This document shows, in pieces, positions 22,886 to 35,399 of a stretch of 64,000 nt of DNA. The notes beneath the pieces are model-generated. The model searched no databases, had not been told where the DNA came from, and was given only the letters and a program-made list of their open reading frames with translations. Positions within the stretch are counted from its first letter, which is position 1, and each line of letters starts with the position of its first letter. Position numbers and translations under genes: made by a program. The stretch lies in contig NC_057750.1 in assembly GCF_004010195.1 (NCBI RefSeq), positions 11,319,122-11,383,121 on the forward strand, read 5' to 3'. Origin of the DNA: Chiloscyllium plagiosum. Its lineage: Eukaryota.

Positions 22886-25800
22886 GGAGCTACCTCACTG
22901 TGACAGGCTACTGACTGACTTCTGCAAGCCAAAGACACACCCCCTCACTTTCGAAGGGCAGCAATGCTGGCGCAGTCCTGTTGCTCACTTTCTACTCAGG
23001 GCTCCATATCAACATGGAGCAGTGTTTCAGATCAATGTATATGATTCGGGGAGTTAGGGGCTGTAAATAAATGTAATTTTTTATCTATTGGTTTTGGCCC
23101 TACCAACATCATCGAACAAATGCCTCCGGGCAGCTGCACAGGGCCTTATGAGAACAGATCAAAGTTACTCCTTATTGTATCCTAAAAATAAGGTTGAACA
23201 TTTTTTTAAAAAATTAATCATAGTGCTCTAAGTGTGTGTGTATTGTGTGACTTCTGCTTTTTTTCCAAAATCTGGATTTGAAGATTTTTTGTTTTTAAAT
23301 TGAGATTATACAAAGGAAGAGTTGTCTTTTTGAGCCTCCCTCCATTTTGAATGCAAAGTCATGCATGTCATGTTAATTGCAAGGGAACTGGAATGAAGCT
23401 GCTGCTGGAATAAAGCCATTGACTCATATTCTGACTCTACAATGCAGTTACAAGGGAGGTTCACCAGGCAGGTCCTAACCTTATCCAAAGTGGTTGTGGT
23501 TTTAGACCTGTGGCTTTATCGATATTTTTAATAAGCCTGTTCAGACCCTATGATGCACTTCTGGAGCAGGTGATCTGAACCTGGGCATTCTAGCCTAGAG
23601 GTAAGAACACTTCCACTGCATCACAGGAGTCTCCAGACCAACAGCTTCACACTGTTGCCTGCCAGATGAATGTGGATTTCAGGTAGTGTTTAATTGCTGC
23701 AGTTTTCAACTGAGCAAAGAGGGCTAGGCTCTAGATGTCTTGCTGTTGTTCCAAAATATGACACTTATTGTCCAGCTTTTGAGACCAGATTTTTTATTTT
23801 ACACCCCTTCTCCCCACCCATGCTCCAAACTTGCACTGTGGATTTTGATCTGTTAAAGAGCTTGGAAAGTTAACTGTGTTGAATCTCAGCCCCAGTCATC
23901 CTGCTGCTGTGGTCCAGAGCAGTCCTATGCCTTAATTCTGTTCCTTACATTGGGAATCTGGTGGCTGCCAACCTTTCACCTGCAAGCCTCCTTATCTCCT
24001 AAGGATTCTGATCTGAATGGAGTTGTTTACATTGTCAGCTGCGTATCTTGCCTTTTCTGAACTTGAACTTGCCATCCGCTACTGATGTGGAGGATAATGG
24101 CTGAAGGTAGACAGTTTGGAGTTCCTTAGTGTGTGACAGGAATGAAAATGCCCTTGTCTTCTAAAACGTTTTAACAGTGAACTAGCCAGCCCAATGGATA
24201 TGGTGTAGAGGTGCTACAGTGATTCTGTACTGATATTTACTTGCTATTTGTGTTTTTGACTGCTTCAGCATGTTGTTAATCTTTATCTGCAGTATATAAA
24301 GCTGTCAGATACGAATTTCACAGGGTGGAACAACTTAAATTGCTTTGGATTTGACATAGTTTTCGAAGCACCATTCAGTATTGTTTAGTAATTTTTAAAA
24401 TGTCTTGATTTTCTGATACAGGTAGATATTCAGAGCATGGACACAGCTGTTGAAGGTTGAGGTCCCCTTTTAGTTTTATAAGCGAAGATAGGTTAAATAG
24501 CCATATTAATTGATTGGTATTTAATGACCGCACTGTAGGCACAGTTAAATATTCTTAAATCTCTGTTTCATGAAAGCACATTGCGTGGAACAGAGTTTTA
24601 TAGTATTGAGTTAACTTTTTGTACTGTGTATATGCCACTTAATTTGTACTGTGTTTATTTTTCATGGGGGATGGTTCAGATGAAATAGGTATGGACTGGG
24701 GTGGAGGGGAGGAGGTAGGGCACACAAAGTTCCAAGCCAGTCCTAGCATTATCCATTTCACAAGGCAAAGTTTTTTTTTAAATGAGAGTATCATTTAGCC
24801 AATGCTCCCAGTTCATGTACTTTTCTTCCCTAAAGGGGAAATTTGAAATTTAATGGGAGCGTCCAATAAGGGTGATTTTATAACTTCGGTAACATGAATT
24901 TTGTGTGGCAGTGATCACAAATCATGATGCAACCAAGGTGCTTTTTAACACTAAGTGTGGAAAGAAGCCTCCAACATAAGAAATGATCATTAGTAAGTTT
25001 GGTCCGTAATCATGCAGGTTGCTGAACTGATGCATGCACTTGAGATTCTGGTTGGTGGCTTTACTATGTTGTTAGGGTTCGTCGAGTTATTCCTACAGGC
25101 TGCAATGTTTACCCCACCCTCTCCCAAATTTTAACTTTAGACAATTTATATTCCGTACTCTAGGGCAGTACAGTTTGATCATTTTTCAGAGGATGAAGCA
25201 GTGGAGAAACCAGTTGCATGCTTTTGATTTTTTTTTTTGCTTATTTTGTCACTTTATATAGTATTGATTTTGCACCCAGTATCTTAGGATACTGAGCAGA
25301 TAATGTGACTTATTAATTTTTTTTCTTCCTTCTACCAGTTTTCTCTCTCACTCTCTGTTTCTGCATTATGAATTCTTGTGTATGATGTCCTATGGCTTGA
25401 ATCTTCAGTCCTATTTAAGCCATGCTTTGATTGTATAACTTTGTATTCCACCTTCCAGAGAATTTTTAAAAATCCTCCACACATCATGCACCCTCCCATG
25501 GATGACTGCTTTTGTATCATTTTATACAAATTAATTTTATAGTGGTGGTTTTGAACTTTTAACCCGAAGTATGGTTTCTGCCATTCTGTTAGCTGCAGCA
25601 CCTGATGTTTAGTTTCCTATTTAATTGCCCACTGGTGAATACCACTCTCATTTCATTGTTCAAACTTTGAGAGCTTTTGACACCTTAAGTATAAGTACTG
25701 GGTCTTGGGGAATAGTGGTGTCACCACCTCTAGGCCAGAAAGTTTGGGTTCAATTTCTGTCTCTCCTGGAAATGTCAGAACATGCCTGAACACATTAATT

Positions 25801-26044
25801 AAAACTCTATTTTTTTGAGACTTAAAAATGTGGTGCCCTGTTTAGCCTCCTTGCTGGATTGAGAACTGCTTCCCAAGTTGGAAGGACTGCACACTTAATG
25901 CCTGTCCCTAGTGTTTGCTTTATTCTATGCAAGTTTAACCTCACTGAAATGATTGCTTTAATTTTTTTTATGTAGTTATGGATAAAGGTTTATGCTTTCA
26001 CCTTCCCCTAGGCCACGCTTCAGTTTGGATATTTAAGAAATAAA
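22886..26044 (+). other. Probable long 3' UTR of SERTAD3-like gene with alternative poly(A) signals
   Basis: Repeat-poor, U-rich region. AATAAA at 23066 (overlapping Pumilio element TGTAAATA 23062-23069) and at 26039, with another at 27624. Confidence 0.45.
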
Positions 26045-27730
26045 ACGGTTGCAAATATTTTAAAAGTTTTCACATTTGTTAATGGTGCAGTGAAGTGTTC
26101 TGTGGGGTTGTCCAGTAGAACTGTTAAGGTAGGGTACACCTTGTACACATTTTAAAAAATCTTGTAGTGGGAATTAAATTACTGATTATGGGAGTGTAGA
26201 ATTGGAGAAGGTGAGCAGGAGTCTGCTGTTAATGGATGCTTTTGGGAATATGATTAATTGTTGGTTTAACAATTGGGGATTGGCAGTGCTGAGAATAACG
26301 TTGCAGGCTAGCAAGTGTGGAAGAATGCTCCCTGTTTTGTGCATCTGGTCCAGGTTGCTTACACTGACCTAGCTTGTCCTGTGCCAAGGTGGCTGTAGAT
26401 CATATTGTTTCTGGAATGCGCCTTCCGATTGTGCATTTATGATTAATGGCCCAGGAACTGGAGAGGGTGGGTATGTTGTAATAATCTTGTATTCAGTTGC
26501 GATACGTCTGCAACATTTACCCCTGGAGGCCAACAGCCAAGCTTGTGGAAACACTCAACAAATCAATCAAAAAAGAGATGGTCAGGCCACTGTTTCTGTA
26601 GGACTGCTGGCTGATCAATCTCTTTCCCATTCTGTCCAATGCGTGTGTTCATATTCCTTTTTTGCCCTGGGTGGTAAAAGCTAACTCGACTATCCAGAAT
26701 CTGAACTTCAAATTGAGAAGTTAACAGTTATCTTTAATTGCAAAACAAGGGTCACAAACTGTAGAACACTTCAAGCTAACTTACTATGGAATGATAGTTT
26801 TGATTATGTCAGTTCAATACTGGAGAAAGCAGGGGGTTTGAAAAAGACTTTGTTTGTGTGTATGTATTAAAAAGACTATCTTGTTAAGGGAAAATTATGT
26901 GAATTTTATTTAATGATAATAGTTATATATTTATGGAAATGTTTAATGCTGGAAGATTTGATTTAATGCAGTAAGTCCTTTAGAGTGAAATTACACATCT
27001 ACCTGTAAACAGTTCCACACGAACCCAGCACAACTGTTCAACACAGACTTCTGGGGAATAGCAGTGAACTCGAGAGGTTTTAATTTGGTTGCAGTTTCTC
27101 CTGTCTGAGTGGCGCTGATATGCTGAGGTCTGGATGTACAGGGACTAACTGTGCTCTAGATTCTTCCTGCATGACACCTGCCTGTTCAGAGAGGGGTTGA
27201 TGCAACTCATTGATCTATTTGCACCTCGTGTTCTCACACATGCACTTTCCAGTAAAGGTTGCCGAACAGTGATCTAGCATGGAACTCTTTACCACCACAA
27301 AAGCCTTGAATATTAAGGTTTCCTACCACTGTGAGGGGATTACTTATGCCCCTATCTGTTTAAACTGGCTAGCCAGTGTCTCCAGCTCCAAAGTCTGTTC
27401 AGTGCTTGTACCTGCAAGTACACCTTGTTTCCTCATTGGGGTGAGGATTGTAAAAGGAGCAGTCATTCTGGATGTGTGAGGTGCTTGTTATTTAAGCTGC
27501 TAATGCAGGACCTGGTTGGTACCAGCAGTGTGCTGTGGTTTAGTGTGTCAAGCAGACTGTGGTGCTGCTCAATTTCTATGCAATTACTGTCCAATGAAAA
27601 TGCAGGTATTTACATTTTCTTAAAATAAAAATTTTAAACAGACAAATTGTGCATCTGCAGTTTTGTTTTTACAACTTTTAACACCTTCTGTCTTTTTCAT
27701 GCAACAATTACCATACTTCAACCTTGAGTT

Positions 27731-29795
27731 AGGAGAAAGTGAGGACTGCAGATGCTGGAGATCAGAACTGAAAAATGTGTTGCTGGAAAAGCGCAGCAGG
27801 CCAGACAGCATCCAAGGTTCAGGAGAATCGACGTTTCGGGCATAAGCCCTTTTTCAGGAATGAGGAAGCAGGCTAAGATAAAAGGTAGGGAGGGGGGATT
27901 TGGGGGAGGGGCATTGGGAATGCGATAGGTGGAAGGAGGTTAATCCCTTGTGGTTGGAGGGTTCCTAGGCGGAAGATGAGGCGCTCTTCCTCCAGGCGTC
28001 GTGTGGCCAAGGTCTGGCGATGGAGGTGGCCAAGGACCTGCATGTCCTTGGCGGAGTGCGAGGGGGAGTTAAAGTGTTCAGCCACGGGGCGGTTGGGTTG
28101 GTTGGTGCAGGTGTCCCAGAGGTGTTCTCTGAAACGTTCCGCAAGTAGGCGGCCTGTCTCCCCAATGTAGAAGAGGCCACATCGGGTGCAGCGAATGCAG
28201 TAAATGATGTGTGTGGAGGTGCAGGTGAATTTGTGACGGATATGGAAGGATTCCTTGAGGCCTTGGAGGGAAATGAGGGGGGAGATGTGGGCGCAAGTTT
28301 TGCATTTCTTGCGGTTGCAGGGGAAGGTGCCAGGAGTAGAGGTTGGGTTGGTGGGGGGTGTGGACCTGACGAGGGAGTCGCGGAGGGAGTGGTCTTTCCG
28401 GAATGCTGATAGGGGTGGGGAGGGAAATATATCCCTGGTGGTGGGGTCTGTTTGGAGGTGGCGGAAATGACGGAGGATGATACGATGTATCTGGAGGTTG
28501 GGGTGGTAGGTGAGGACCAGTGGGGTTCTGTCCTGGTGGCGATTGGAGGGGAGGGGTTCAAGGGTGGAGGAGCAGGATGTGGAGGAGATGCGGTGGAGAG
28601 CATAGTCAACCACGTCTGAGGGGAGATTGCTGTCTTTGAAGAAGGAGGCCATCTGGGTTGTACGGTATTAAAATTGGACCTCCTGGGAGCAGATGCGGCG
28701 GAGGCGAAGGAATTGGGAATATGGGATGGCGTTTCTACAGGGGGCAGGGTGGGAGGAGGTGTAATCTAGGTAGCTGTGGGAGTCGGTCAGTTTATAGTAA
28801 ATGTCCGTGTTGAGTCGGTCGCCCAAGATAGAAATGGAGAGGTCTAGGAAGGGGAGGGAGGAGTCTGAGACGGTCCAGGTAAATTTGAGTTCGGGGTGGA
28901 AGGTGTTAGTAAAATGGATGAACTGTTCAACCTCCTCGTGGGAGCATGAGGTAGCGCCGATAGTCATCGATGTAGCGGAGGAAAAGGTGGGGGGTGGTGC
29001 CAGTGTAGCTGCGGAAGATGGACTGTTTATTAACACCTTCCACCCCGACCTCAAATTTACCTGGACCATCTCAGACCCCTCTCCATGTCTATCTCGGGCG
29101 ACCGACTCAACACGGACATTTACTATAAACCGACCGACTCCCACAGCTACCTAGACTACAGCTCCTCCCACCCTGCCCCCTGTAAACATGCCGGTACCCA
29201 TGGCTACTCTTTTGGTTTGGAGGAAGTGGGAGGATTGGAAAGAGAAGTTGTTCAGAGTGAGGACCAGTTCAGTCAGTCGAAGGAGGGTGTAAGGGGAAGG
29301 GTACTGGTGGGAAAGGAAGAAGCGGAGGGCTTTGAGGCCATCGTGATGGAGGATGGACGTGTATAGGGACTGGATGTCCATGGTGAAGATAAGGCGTTGG
29401 GGGTCGGGGAAGCAAATCATGGAGGAGGTGGAGGGCGTGGGTGGCGTCCCGAATGTGCGTGGGGAGTTCTTGGATTAAGGAGGATAGGAACCCTCCAACC
29501 ACACAGGATGAATACAGATTTCTCCAGCTTCCTCATTTCCCCCCACCCCCCCCCTCCCCACCTTATCTCAGTCCCAACCCTCGGACTCAGCACTGCCTTC
29601 TTGACCTGCAATCTTCTTCCCGACCTCTCCACCCCCACCCCCTCTCCGGCCTATCACCCTCACCTTAACCTCCTTCCACCTATCGCATTCCCAATGCCCC
29701 TCCCCCAAGTCCTTCCTCCCTACCTTTTATCATAGCCTGCTTGGCACACTTTCCTCATTCCTGAAGAAGGGCCTATGCCCGAAACTTCGATTCTC
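27731..29795 (-). mobile_element. Rearranged Neptune-type PLE insertion (RT C-terminus plus GIY-YIG, with two inverted segments)
   Basis: ORF 27873-28652 contains IIYCIRCTRCGLFYIGETGR; RT motifs FTMDIQSLYTSI, NNFSF...VAMGT and LPFLDLSI...YYKLTDSHSYL are present. Perfect 15-bp TSD cttcaaccttgagtt at 27716-27730 and 29796-29810. Hammerheads at both ends. Confidence 0.92.
29757..29792 (+). ncRNA. Minimal hammerhead ribozyme motif
   Basis: CTGAAGA 29761-29767, GGGC-CTAT-GCCC, GAAA 29781-29784, CTTC (stem III palindrome mutated). Confidence 0.55.
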
Positions 29796-30504
29796 CTTCA
29801 ACCTTGAGTTCCCTGGTTTATGACAACAAAAAGGCTTGCATTTGTGTAGTGCTTTCACAGTCTCTAGATTTGCCTGAAAATAGAGAACGTTTTTGAAATG
29901 TAGGAATTCCAGCAGCAATTTTTCACAAAGACTGTGAAAATGGAGGGAAAAGAAAAGTTTTTATGAGGTGATAGTTGGTCAAGGGCCATATATTGGCCAG
30001 GACATTAGGTACTCTGAGACAGAGAGAAATTTTACTGGATTTTTGGAGATGCATTATTTCTTTTCTTGTGGTAAGAATTGACTTTACTGTTTGTGGGGAC
30101 AGGGAGTACTGTGGGTTATGTTGTCCAAGGATAAGAGTGTGTTGAACAAATAGGCAGATGGTTCCTTCTGTCTCTCTATACATTTGTTATTGCAGTAGAG
30201 AGAGTCCTACTGGATACCTCCATAGTTTCTTTAACTGCCATTATTCATACCCTCAAAATGCATAGTAGTGTCTTGGGATGTAGTGGTTTTCTCTTGCAAA
30301 ACCTTATTGGGAATCTGTGCCCCTTTGGGATTAGTTCAGCTCGTTTGGCGATGCTCCACATTCTCGTCTCTTTGACTTTTTGATCTGCTCTTTGCCTGGC
30401 AACATTGTTATAAAATACTCATCCATTGTTTCAAATCTCACTGGGCTCATTCCTCCCTATCTCTATAACCTCTACCAACATTCAGATCGCTGTCCTCTTG
30501 CACA

Positions 30505-31260
30505 TAGTCATAGAGATGTACAACACAGAAACAGACTCTTCGGTCCAACTCGTCCATGCTGACCAGATATCTCCACCTAATCGAGTCCCACATGCCAGAA
30601 CCCGGCCCATGTCCCTCCAAACCCTTCCTGTTCATATACCTATCCAGATGCCTTTTTAAATGTTGCAATTGTACCAGCCTTCACCACTTCCTTTGGCAGC
30701 CCATTCCACGCATGCACAACCCTCTGCATGAAAAACTTGCCCCTTAGGTCTCTTTTATATCTTTCCCCTCTCTCCCTAAACCTATGCCCTCGAGTTCTGG
30801 ACTCCCCAACCCCAGGGAAAAGACTTTGTTTATTTATCCTATCCATGCCCCTCATAGTTTTATGAACCTCTAAGGTCACCCCTCAGCCTCCAACGCTCCA
30901 GGGAAAACAGCCCCAGCCTGTTCAGCCTCTCCCTATAACTCAGATTCTCCAAACCTGGCAACATCCTTGTAAATCCTTTCAAGTTTCACAACATCATCTT
31001 TCCGATAGGAAGGAGACCAGAATTGCACGCGATATTCCAAAAGTGACCAAACCAATGTCCTGTACAGCTGCAACATGACCTCCAACTCCTGTACTCAATG
31101 CTCTGACCAATAAAGGAAAGCATACCAAACTCCTCCTTCACTATCCTATCTACCTGCGACTCCGTTTTCAAGGAGCTATGAACCTGCACTCCATGGTCTC
31201 TTTGTTTAACAACACTCCTTAGGACCTTACCATTAAGTGTATAAGTACTGCTCTGCTTTG
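30505..31260 (-). mobile_element. CR1/HER1 LINE 3' fragment
   Basis: YTLNGKVL..QRDHGVQVH and SRTRGHRF...QRVVHAWNGLP on the minus strand. Confidence 0.85.
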
Positions 31261-31454
31261 CAATGATCACAAATATATAGATCACAAATATATAGCAGAT
31301 ACAAAAATAAACTCTGCTTTTAAAATCCTACCAAGATAAAAGCTGTTCCGTTGAGACAATCCTTAGATACAAATCATGTGATAACTCTGCTGTTTAGATG
31401 GTGAAGCACACCTACAGACATGCACTAAAGTGATGATCAAAATTTTAAAAAGGG

Positions 31455-31735
31455 GAGGTGATGGTTTAGTGGACTATTGATCTCGAGTCCCAGGTAAATC
31501 CGACTGTAACAAATGGCAGAATTTGAATTCTGTAAAAAACAAAAATCCAGTAACAACTATGAAAATGTTGAATGTTAGGAAAGACCCATCTAGTTAAATG
31601 ATGTCCTTCAGGGAGGGAAACTACCATCCTTATGTGGTCTGGCCTGCATGTGACTCCAGATCCATATCAATGTAGTTGTCTTAACTGACTGAGACGAGCA
31701 ATAAGTGTTAGCCTTGCCCTCATCCAGTGAATGAA
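31455..31735 (+). mobile_element. SINE/LINE-tail repeat (family also at about 36715-36900 and 52590-52830)
   Basis: Shares atttgaattc, tgtccttcagggagggaaac and tctggcctgcatgtgactccag motifs with the other copies. Confidence 0.5.
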
Positions 31736-32149
31736 TTTTTTAAAAAAATGTTCTGCACTTAGGTTCTTCCTTTACACTGTATGTAGGCACTTCATAATTA
31801 GACACATCCTCATTTAAATCCCACCTCAGGTTCCTCCGTCCTTAGAAAAATGTCTATCCATTCATTCCTTATAGCTAAAATACTCCATTTCTGGCAACTC
31901 CATCCTCACAAATCTCCTCTGCAATCTTTTAAATTAAATCATATTACTCTTGAGTTGTGCAAGAGCTATACTGTAGCCTTGGCCTAACTAACGTTTTATA
32001 CAATTCTAAAATGGCATCATAACTCCTGAAAAGTGTCCTGCATACTTTCTTAATCATCTATCTATCTATCTGGCTATCTTCAGGGATTTATGGTTCTTCA
32101 CTCCAAGGTCCATTTGTTGCTCAACACTTTTTGTTTCCTGCCATTTGTG

Positions 32150-32355
32150 TTTTCCCCAAATATATTTCTCCAGACTGGACATCTGTTGATGATCATCCAT
32201 TGATATCTCCCTGTGGTTTGCAATTTTGTTTTAGAACATAGAACATAGAAGAATACAGCGCAGTACAGGCCCTTTTCCCCAAATATATTTCTCCAGACTG
32301 GACATCTGTTGATGATCATCCATTGATATCTCCCTGTGGTTTGCAATTTTGTTTT
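32150..32355. repeat. 83-bp perfect direct duplication flanking a 40-bp inverted CR1 tail
   Basis: 32150-32232 is identical to 32273-32355. The spacer 32233-32272 reverse-complements to gggcctgtactgcgctgtattcttctatgttctatgttct (compare the CR1 end at about 47040-47060). Confidence 0.9.
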
Positions 32356-34277
32356 CTTCACTATCATTCACACTATTAAATACTGTATCATTATCCAATT
32401 TCTTAAGCATGCTTCTATATTTATGTCAAAATCATTGATATATTTTGTAAAAAGCAAGGGACCCAGCATGAGAAACTCCACTGGCATTGAGATGCATAAC
32501 AAATGTTGGCCTAACCAGTGATGCCCATATCCTGTGAATGAATTTTTAAAAAACTTCTGATGTGAGAGTGGGAGCTGTCATGTCTCACCTACTAGACTAC
32601 TTGTATGTGGATACTAAAAAATTACCTTTTTTGAAGGGTGAGTTAGATGAATGTGTAGTGGGTATCACTGGCTTAACACAAGGAAAAAAAATCCCCACGG
32701 TACCAATTGAAAATGTTACCTTTTTTGACAATCTTAAATTCAACAACAACCAGAAAATCAATTGTTTCAGTGGAAGTTTAATTTTTGAAATGTTGCAAAA
32801 CTGTGAGAAATTTCAAAGCCATCTAGGACTGTCTATTAAAAGTTTAACTCAACACTTACTTATTTATCCTGTCTGGAGAAGCCAAGGACATACAGTTTAT
32901 ATATTAACTACTCCATGTGGTGAGTTGGTACATGTGGCACTTGCTACTGGGGGCCTTGCTAGAGAAGGCTGTGCAAGCTTTTTTGCCATAGCATCTTTAT
33001 AAGTGACAGATGGTATATTTCATAAGCAGAGATTCTGCATCTTTGTACAAGTTGATGTTTGTATTAATAGCAATGCCATTAATTCAAACGTGTTAGCAAT
33101 AGCAGCGGGAATTTTCAATCATCTGCCTTAACTTTGGGGGAATTAGATGTTTTCCCCGATCTTGTGCCAAAATTAGAATGAAAGATTGTAACTCCCCTTG
33201 GAAGAAATGTTCTGGTTCCCATAGCCCCCATGTTGAATTTAACCTTTGAGAGACGAAAGAAACTCCACTAGTTGTGGAAAACCAGTATGTGAAAAGTAAT
33301 GAAAAATAAAAGATCAAGGTCCATCTAATTCATCTTCTATCATCCATGTCATCATTTGATACACCAATAATTGCTCTGATTAGTCAGCATATCAATCCGT
33401 TTTTTGTCAATTAGTCTCTGACAGGTTCAGACATGCCATGAGAAAAATCCCAGTGCTGGAGAGATTTGGGAATCATAAGCCTCACCATGATTGTTCCTCA
33501 CAATAAATAATCTCAAGTTCAATATTTCTGGTGGAATTTAAATTCAATTAATAAAATTTGAACATACAAAATCGGAGCAGAAGTAGACTGTTTGACCTCC
33601 CTCCCATTCAGTAAGATCGTTACTTATCTGTTTGTGTTTCTCAAATTCCTTCTCTCCACCTACTCTCTTGTTTCCCCTGCTTCACAAGTATCTATCTACC
33701 ACTGCTTTAAAAATATTCAGTGTCCCTGCTTCGAATGCTTTCAGAGGCAAAAAGTTCCAAAACCTTTTGAAGTCTGGTCTCAGTAAGGGCATCTGGATGC
33801 GTACATGAAAAGGAAAGGGTTTAGAGGAATATAGGCCAAATCCTGGCAAATGAGACTAGATTAATTTAGGATATCTGTTTGGCAGGAATGAGTTGGACTG
33901 AAATGTCTGTTTCCATGCTGTACAACTATATAAATCTTGCCCTTTGTGTAATTTGGCCTATATGTGACTCCAGGCTTACTGCAATCTGGTTAACTGCCCT
34001 CTGAAATAGCCTTGCAAACCACTCAGTTCAAGAACGAAAAAGGATCGGTAATACTTTGCCAGGAACACCCATATATGGTGAAAGAACAAATCAAAGGAAT
34101 TCAATCTGACTTGTTCATATATCACTGTTTCTTCTGTGGAACTGGATTTATTTTACCATTCCTCTCCTATTGCCATAGTTGAAAACCATTATCCTAAGAA
34201 CGAAGAAAGGTCCAATGCCACCTTTTCAATGCAACTATGTCCACAAGTGTGGCCGTACCGAGAACACCCATATCCTA

Positions 34278-34843
34278 TGTAAGAGGTAATTTCGGTTTAA
34301 ACTTTAAGATGTGCCTGGACCACAGACTGATCTATAATAAAAGACAAAACCTTTGTTTCTTTTCTAACAACCATTTTATATACTCAAAAGTAGAGTAGTT
34401 TAAATTGTGCAGAATGCTGACAATTTGTGAGCTATAGTGAAAGCGAGCAGGCTCTTGATTAATGAAGCCATACACACAGCAGAGAAGGATGAGTCCTTTC
34501 TTGATAAGACTCCAGGATGGGAGTACGACTTGACATCTGTTTCAGATTAAAGCTTTTGACTGATAAGACTACAGGGTGAGAAAAACAACAAACTTTGGAG
34601 ACTCTGGAGCCTTTTGTTGCAGACTTTGTGATAAAAATAATGATGTTTTTAAGAATGTGAACCTCATGGCTTGTTGGAGCCAAGGAGAGGAGGGACTTGT
34701 CCTATAAATAATGGAGACTTTGTAAGCCTCAGCGCGCCTTTTCTTTAAGGGTGCCCGACTCTGCAGACTTGACTTGTTAATAAAACTTTGTTTTCCTGAA
34801 TTTGTCTAGAGCGATTATTGAGAAGCGATTTTCGTTTCTAACA
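34278..34843 (+). mobile_element. Solo LTR (566 bp) of an LTR retroelement/ERV
   Basis: TGT...ACA termini with a short imperfect inverted repeat (TGTAAGA/TCTAACA) and 5-bp TSD TCCTA (34273-34277, 34844-34848). TATAAATA at 34703 is followed by AATAAA at 34779 in U3-R-U5 order. Confidence 0.8.
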
Positions 34844-35399
34844 TCCTAGGTGTTAGAAGAGGAAAATCTTTCTTCTCCCTTTTAGTTAAATTCAGTGTTA
34901 AGGTTGATCTCAACGTCCTTGAGTCATAGGAGGAAAAGTTGACAAAACTTCTCATTCCTGATCACTTGCCTTGTTTTTACTTGCCAGAGATGGATGTGTG
35001 TAGACATCAGGTGGGCTGAGATGGTTAACGTACATTGTGGATGCATGGTCTCATTCACACTGGGAGAAAGGTTTTTGGAGAGCACCAAAAGGATGTCAAA
35101 AACGTCATCCAAACCTGTTCCTACATTTGATTAAAATCGTGTCTGACCTGGTTGTAGTCTCAACTGAAAAGAAATGCTGGACATCACAGTAGAGAGAAAG
35201 CAAGTTAATGTTTCAAGTCTAGATGACTCTTCATAACTCCTTTCCCTAAACCTGTTATCTACCAAGAGTCAAAATCAGCTCTGGACAGCTGTTGGCGTCA
35301 GACAAAGGCTTTACAGTGTGTTGGCATTCCCATGGGGCCATTCAGGATTCGTACCTCTAAAAGATAGACCACTGAGACGTAGCTGGACGAAAGAATCAT

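Noticed and set aside
27873-28652. Domesticated GIY-YIG nuclease gene (259-aa ORF)
   Set aside because: It is part of a TSD-flanked rearranged PLE with an upstream stop and frameshifts and a deleted normal C-terminus; a young TE remnant.
32150-32355. CRISPR-like repeat-spacer-repeat
   Set aside because: Only two 83-bp copies, the spacer is a CR1 tail, the context is eukaryotic, and there are no cas genes.
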